Assembly: GCF_001194135.2 (NCBI RefSeq)
Contig: NC_068998.1
Coordinates: 5,714,075-5,756,260 of the forward strand
From: Octopus bimaculoides
Lineage: Eukaryota
Length of the DNA: 42,186 nt
Direction of reading: 5' to 3'
Position numbers and translations under genes: made by a program. Position 1 is the first letter of the stretch, and each line of letters begins with the position of its first letter. Below, piece after piece: positions 35,226 through 42,186 of the stretch. Below the pieces are notes generated by a model. The model was not told where the DNA came from. It saw nothing but the letters and a program-made list of their open reading frames with translations, and did not search any database.

Positions 35226-35545
35226 GTGTGGGGTTGTGGCTTACTGGTTACGATATTCAGCTCATGATCATAACGTCGCGAGTTCAATTCCCAGTGATGC
35301 ATTGTGTCCTTGAGCAAGACACTTAATTTCACATTGCTCCCATCCACCCAGCTGGCAAAAAAAAAAAAAACAAGCTGTACCTGTAATTACAAAGGGGTCA
35401 GCCTTGTCACATTCTGTGCCGCGCTGAATCTCTCTGAGAACTACATTAAGGGGACATGTGTCGGTGGAGTGCTCGGCCACTTGGTCGTTAATTTCACAAG
35501 CAGGCTGTTCCAGTTGGTCGAGTCGAGTGGAACACTCATTGTGAG
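35226..35545 (+). mobile_element. SINE family C with long tail
   Basis: A and B boxes, TGTCCTTGAGCAAGACAC, then the CTGTACCTGTAATTACAAAGGG tail. Confidence 0.8.
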
Positions 35546-35732
35546 TGAGAGTGCCAGTGTGCATACGCATACGCATGTTTGCATATATGCATTTGTTGTG
35601 TATAGATATGGATCTGTGTGTGTGTGTGTGTGTGTTATTGTGGCATAGCCCGTGTCAACCTTTGGCTGAGTACACCTATGAGATCAAAGATATTCCAAGC
35701 ATGACTATACAATTGTTTTGTTTTTTAGGAAG

Positions 35733-35795
<63 letters not shown>

Positions 35796-36111
35796 TTGTG
35801 TGTCTGTGATTCCATTGTCTGATGTGTCCCTCCCTATTCAAGCGAGTGGGAATATTGAACTGAGGGGTATTTGGCTGCTATTTCTAGCGTGCAGATTGAC
35901 CGAACAGAGCTACCTTCGGTTTGCATGGTTGGATAAATCTGCATTACTGAATGAACAGGTATGTGATTGTGACGGTGAGTGATGTTGAGCCTATATGCGG
36001 GTTCGGGGGGGGGGGTGATATCTCAAGTACACATTTTGCGCAACAAAATAATTGGAAAACGAAACTCTTGGTTTCATTCACGCACTAGAACACGGGAGTA
36101 TAGGCACAAGT

Positions 36112-36142
<31 letters not shown>

Positions 36143-36263
36143 GAGGCATCCATCTAAATACACGAGCTAGCTAGCAAGACAGCTAACCAGCGAGATTTGA
36201 TAAACAGGATAGGTACGTAGGTGGATAGATAGGTGGGTGGATAGATACACAGATAGACAGGTG

Positions 36264-36645
36264 GATAGGCGTGGCTGTGTGGTAAAAAGCTTGCTTCCCA
36301 ACCACATGGTTCTGGGTTCAGTCCCACTGCGTAGTACCTTGGGTAGGCGTCTTTTACGATAGCCTTGGCTGACCAAAGCCTTGTGAGTGGATTTAGTAGA
36401 TGGAAACTGAAAGAAGACCGTCGTATATTTATGCATGTATTTATGTGTGTGTCTGTATTTGTTCCACCAGCATTGTTTGTCAAGTTACAGGGACGGTGCT
36501 GGTTTGTTTATGTCCCTGTAACTTAGTATTTTTGGCAAAAGATAGAATAAATACTAAAGGCTTACATGGAATAAGTCCTGGGGTCAATTTCTTTAACTAA
36601 AACCCCTGAAGGCCACAGTCAAATGACTGAAACAAGTAAAAGAAT
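36264..36645 (+). mobile_element. SINE family B, most complete copy (head, microsatellite, tail)
   Basis: Head as at 1553; the tail ends GGCCACAGTCAAATGACTGAAACAAGTAAAAGA. Confidence 0.85.
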
Positions 36646-36924
36646 ATATGTACATATGTATATATATACATTCCCCAACTCAACGTCATTAAACAGCATG
36701 GCAGCCTAAGCTCAAGGCTTTTAACGAGATTCCGCTTTATGTATGGATGTACCTGATGAGACTCAGACTGCAAAATGGGTGCTGTTTATTCTGTGTGTCT
36801 GTGTGTCACGATCTGTTGTCTTTTGCATGGTTGCTTTATTTTATCCCTTAACTTAGAAATGGAGAAAGACATAGTGCTAGATATAAAAAATAAGCCATTT
36901 GGGGCTAGAAAAAGCAGCCACTAC

Positions 36925-37085
36925 ACTCTCAGAGTGGTTGGCGTTAGGAAGGGTGTCCAGCTGCAGAAAGACTGCCAGATCAGACTGGAGCCTGGGGCAG
37001 CCTCCTGGCTTCCCAGACCCCAGTCGAACTGCCTAACCCATACCAGCATGGAAAATGGACGTTAAACGATGATCATCATCATCAT
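36925..37085 (-). mobile_element. Family D copy
   Basis: GTTGGCGTTAGGAAGGGTGTCCAGCTG..CCAGCATGGAAAATGGACGTTAAACGATGATC. Confidence 0.8.
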
Positions 37086-37120
37086 GATGAAGATTGTGGT
37101 TTGCTACGGCTGTTTCAGAT

Positions 37121-37362
37121 AAGGATAAACAATAACCACAGGTGGCTTGTGGTTTGCTACAGGTGTGTTTCAGATGAATTCTTCTTTTTTTTTTTATTGT
37201 TGAATAGAAATGTTACATCAGGAAACAAAAAACATTTTCAGTGACGTTTTTTTTTTTTTGTATGAATTAACATTTCTATTCATCACTAAAAAAAAACAAA
37301 GAACAACTCACCTGTAACACCTGTAGCGAACCACAAGCCACCTGTCGTTATTGTTTATCCTT
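37121..37362. mobile_element. Foldback/MITE-like element (long imperfect hairpin)
   Basis: AAGGATAAACAATAAC..CAGGTGGCTTGTGGTT..GCTACAGGTGT..TGAATAGAAATGTTA (37121-37214) pairs with 37268-37362, and the inner A and T runs also pair. Confidence 0.75.
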
Positions 37363-37679
37363 CACTTTAATCAGAACCTTCAATTTGTTTGGATCTGGAG
37401 TCCATAGATGGTGGTGCTGTAGGTCCTGTGTGAATTTGGTGACTCCTTGTGACTGCATACATAACTGGAGGGACAAATCCGTGTTTATTTTAGTGAGTAT
37501 GTATTTGTCTTCATATGTTGTTTGTAAGGGATAGTGCTGTCACCAAACCATCCTTGGTGCTTTCCCTATTTAAATACCTGCTTCTCATGATTCCTGGAAA
37601 TTACACACACACGCACGCACACACACACACAAACACAGAAGCACCAAATCAAATATAGACCATAGAGCAGACTCAGAAT

Positions 37680-37845
37680 TGGTTCCAGGTGTGGTTGGCA
37701 TTAGGAAGGGCATCCAGCTGTAGAAACTCTGCCAAATCAGATTGGAGCCTGGTGTAGCCATCCGGTTGCACCAGTCCTCAGTCAAATCGTCCAACCCATG
37801 CTAGCATGGAAAGCGGATGTTAAACGATGATGATGATGATGATGA
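37680..37845 (-). mobile_element. Family D copy
   Basis: Near-exact reverse complement of 13800-13950. Confidence 0.85.
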
Positions 37846-38119
37846 TATATATATATATAATATTAGGGACAAAATCCAAAATTACAGGTAAAAACTCAAT
37901 TAAAATCAATTTATAAAAAATTAAAATTAAATTAAGCTTTACAGATTAAAATATATATAAGTATATAGTTTTAGGGAAAAGAACCAAGTTTCATGAACTC
38001 ATCGATGAAAATCCACTATCACATATAGAAAAATTAATAATTAAAAGCACAATAAATGAGTATAATATAATACAAAGTAAATATCATAAGATAAAGATAA
38101 TATATATATATATATAGAG

Positions 38120-38440
38120 TGACGGTGCATGGCTCAGTGGTTAGAGCATTGAGCTTACAATTGTGAGGTTGTGAGTTCAATTCCCGAACTGGGCTGCGTG
38201 TTGTGTTCTTGAACAAGACACTTTATTTCATGTTGCTCCAGTTCACTCAGCTGTAGAAATGAGTTGCGACATCACTGGTGCCAAGCTGTATCGGCCCCTT
38301 TGCCTTTCCCTTGGATAACGTCAGTGGCCAGGAGAGGGGAGGCTGGTATGCATGGGCGACTGCTGGCCTTCCATAAACAACCCTTGGGAAGGTAACTTTG
38401 TAGGTGCAATCCCATGGTCAGTCACGACTGAAGGGGATCT
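38120..38440 (+). mobile_element. SINE family C-related, different tail
   Basis: TGGCTCAGTGGTTAGAGC..GAGTTCAATTCC..TGTTCTTGAACAAGACAC. Confidence 0.75.
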
Positions 38441-38443
38441 CAG

Positions 38444-38477
<34 letters not shown>

Positions 38478-38481
38478 TATA

Positions 38482-38535
38482 TATTGGGTCATCCCATAAA
38501 TCATGTGGTTTTTTTATACTTTTATTTTTAGGCAT
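38482..38535. mobile_element. Solo terminal fragment of the 17.5-kb mariner family
   Basis: TATTGGGTCATCCCATAAATCATGTGGTTTTTTTATACTTTTATTTTT matches the end at about 17503 and also abuts (AT)n. Confidence 0.75.
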
Positions 38536-38821
38536 TTATATGTGTGCCTACACCCACATGTGTGTGTGTGTGTGTGTATATATTTGCATGTGTGCGTCTG
38601 TATATGTCTGTTCACGTGTCTATTTAAGTGTCTTTATGTGTCTGTGTATATGCATGGCGAAAGAGAAAAGACAATCAGGCAGACAGGCTGATATTGAAAA
38701 TATTGGTTTGGAAGTAGGCGGCAGCTATTAATAAAACATGCGTGCACATGTGCATAATAAACATGCACACAGAACTGCATATGTACGTTCATATAGATAC
38801 ATGTATATATAGTTATGCGTG

Positions 38822-38888
<67 letters not shown>

Positions 38889-39195
38889 CAAAACCTTGTA
38901 AAAAAATTAGAAGCTGATTCTTTCTGATCATCAAATTCCCGAGCGTTACATAACTTAAAAACGGAAGAGAAGAGCTGAAGAGGATGGTGATGCCGAGAGA
39001 TATATAGGAAGAGGAAGAAGAGGATGAGAGACTGGGTGGAGAGAGGGGGGTGGGAGAGAGACAGCTTGAGAGAGAGAGAGAAAGAGAGATCAGGAGATGG
39101 TGAGAAAGGTAGAGACCAAAATAGAGAGAGAGAGAGAAAACACGTCTGAGAAAGAGAGAGAGAGAAAACAAGTCTGAGAGAGAGAGAGAGAGCTA

Positions 39196-39236
<41 letters not shown>

Positions 39237-39564
39237 CTAGAGATAGAGAGAGAAAGACATACATAGAGAGAAGGAGAGCTAGAGAAAGACATATATATAT
39301 ATATATATGGTAGATGAGGAAGAGCTGGAGTGAGGAGTGATACTCTTTAGCTGATCAATCAGCCTTTAATCAGTTGAATGTTCGATATTCTGTTATAGAC
39401 TGATGTTATTATTGTAGTGGTTTGTAGACAAGAGCTAATGGAGGAGCTTTCCATAGCTGTGAAGCCAAAATGTAGCATCAATCACCATCATCACTTAACC
39501 CTGTACATCATCGTTATTATTATTATTATTATTAGTATTGTTGTTGTTGTTGTTGTTGTTGTTG

Positions 39565-39783
39565 AGGGATGAGCTGGCAGAATTGTTGCTGCACTGGGGC
39601 AAAACGTTTCATCCATAGGTGTTTTGTCCATCTTCACATTCTGAGTTCAAATTCTGCTGAGGTCGACTTTGCCTTTCATCCTTTCAGGTTTGATAAAATA
39701 AATACCAGTCAACTACTGGGGTCAATGTAATCAACTTTCCCCATTTCCTCGGAATTTCTGGCCTTGTGTAAAAATTCGAAACC
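39565..39783 (+). mobile_element. SINE family A
   Basis: GAGCTGGCAGAATTG..CTGAGTTCAAATTCTGCTGAGGTCGACTTTGCCTTTCATCC. Confidence 0.8.
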
Positions 39784-41153
39784 ATCATCATCATCATCAT
39801 CATCATCATCACCACCACCACCACCACCATTATTATTATTATTATTATTATTATTATCATCATCATTATTATTATTATTATGAAGGTGGCAAACTGGCCG
39901 AATTTTCTTTTGTATCTTGGACTGCTGTATGCAATGTGTCCTTCCTTTCTCAAGTTGGTATGAATGATTCTGAGAGAGATTTAACTACTATTTCCAGAAG
40001 TTCAAATACATCTATAGAACAGGGGACAACAGCAAAGTGGACAATATTGACCACTGGGTGGGTGCCTATGTAGCTACCCAAGGGGTTGATAAACACCTAA
40101 AATGATTTTGGGGCTGGCTCTCTTTTGGTTACAATAGTAAGTGATCCAGTAAATACAATCAACAGAGCAGTTTGCTCATGGAATTAACATGCAAGTGTCA
40201 AAAACAAAAGAAAACAAAAGACATTCATAACTATAACACTTTTAATCATCGATCTGCTTTGTCAATGTTGACCTTGGATTAAGCAACAACAATGTACACC
40301 AAGTGTTGGCATTGATATTGCCCTAAACAATTAATTACGTCGTATTTTATTGATTCATTTCAATAGAAACAGATCTGATCTGTTGCTTTAATTAGTTGGA
40401 GGAGGAGGAGAAGAAGAAGAAGGGGCAGAGTCCAAAATGTTATCAGTTTTCATTCCAGTAAGTAATTCCATGGTAAATACGTTGTTTTGTGACATGGGAG
40501 GTCGGCTGTTGATGATAGATCTGTTGTCAAACCAATTTTGTTACTTGGCTTTTGTTTCACTCTCCGGCAACAACAGTTATTTTTGGCCAAATTCCATTCC
40601 TATATCCTGTGACTATGTGTTAAGTAGGTTAAGGTGATTACAACAAGGTCAGCAAGAGGAGGAGGAGGAAACGGTAAGATTCTTTGATTGACAGAATCGG
40701 GAGAGCTTCAGGCAAAAATGCCTTGCAGTATTTCATTACGTCTTATGTTCTGAGTTCAAATCTGATCTAGATTGATTTTTGCCTTTTGGGGGTCAATAAA
40801 ATAAAGTACCTGGTGGAAATGAGAGCCCTATACAAAAATGCCTTGCAGTATTTAGCTATGGATCTTTATGTTCAGAGTTCAAATCTTGCCACGGTCAAGA
40901 AAGAGATCAGCTGCTGCCATGCATTTTGTGAATACATTCTGTAAGTGGAAGAGTAAAAATATGCAAGACTTTTCTAAAGTAGAACATGCAATGTTTAGCA
41001 TAAATAACATAGCATACACACAGACACATACTAGACATATAACAAACACACGCACAAACAAAAAGTACACCTTTACCACACTCGCACAGAGCCTCCCCCT
41101 CTACATACAGCACACACACACACACACACGTACAATGATTTGCTTTTATCAAT

Positions 41154-41258
<105 letters not shown>

Positions 41259-42186
41259 TATACATACCTAAATACTTACCTACATACCTGTGCGCTTGCG
41301 CATGTATACTCCCACACGTGGTGATCAGTCTCCAATGGTTACTGAGCTGCATGCATTAAGAGCACAGGTATTTCAGATTAAGGTAAGTACTCTGATGGGT
41401 GGGGCGTGGAGGTGTCGATGACGTTGGTGACAATGGTGGTGGCGGCGGGGATAGTGGTGGTGATGGTAAATTGCATTCATGGTGATGATGATGATGATGA
41501 TGATGGTAGCGGTGATTGAGGTTGGGTAGTCGATAGTGATGATGATGATGGGGGTGGTGGTGACAGTGATGATGAGGGTGGTAGTAGTAGTAGTAACGGT
41601 TGAGACTATTAGAGGTGGTGGTTGTAGGGGGCGGGGGCTGGTGCATGGTCATTGTAAACAAAAGGCCCATTCATACGGTGTCGTTTGTTTCCAGTTCTCC
41701 ACATGTCAGATGTTTGTTGTTCAGTAAACTTAGAATCAAGTGTGATGATAATGATGGTGGTGGTGGTGAGGTGCAGTTGGTCCCAGGAAGGACTCTGGTC
41801 ATAGAAAACTCTGCCTCAATGCACTTTTGTCTGAACCATCCAAGCATGGATAAGTAGATGTTCAAATGATTACGATGATGATGATGATGCTGTTGTCTGT
41901 CTGGTGTGATGTAACATCTACGTGGCTGCCAAACTACGTCTAATTTATCACTCTTAATCGGAAGTTGCTCGTTTAAAAAAGAAAAGTACATCGAAAAAAC
42001 AAAAGAAAAAAAAAACACTGAGCGAACAAAAGTAACACACCACACAAACAAACATAAATGATAAAAATAAACAAAAACAATGATTATTAGTCTTTGTAAA
42101 ACATTGAAAAGAGCAGCGAAGGTTGCAGCCAGGTGAACAAAAACACAAAAATAACCAGAGCAAAAAAAAAAATGCAAAAATGAACT

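Overview
AT-rich eukaryotic non-coding DNA, saturated with repeats and broken by 11 N-gaps. The dispersed repeat families look like those I recall from octopod (Octopus-type) genomes; this is an inference from memory, not a database result. No host protein-coding gene can be supported. Almost every ORF in the track is a microsatellite or gap read-through. Recognisable coding remnants are all from transposons: a near full-length decayed mariner (D,D34D) transposase at 17.5-18.6 kb, two smaller mariner fragments, and the C-terminal tail of a Penelope-like (PLE) GIY-YIG endonuclease at about 4.15 kb. The rest is several tRNA-head SINE-like families, an old dispersed repeat, MITE/foldback elements and microsatellites. 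The most interesting signal is a set of type I hammerhead-ribozyme motifs from at least three sequence families. One overlaps a 124-bp-arm hairpin fused to the PLE endonuclease tail (3.8-4.2 kb). One sits inside a perfect 115-bp-arm palindrome, so it is present on both strands (26.2-26.4 kb). One is enclosed by mariner-type TIRs in a 180-bp MITE (23.6-23.8 kb). Two more share a variant CUGUUGA core (5.2 kb, 27.4 kb). Repeat boundaries are read by eye and are approximate.
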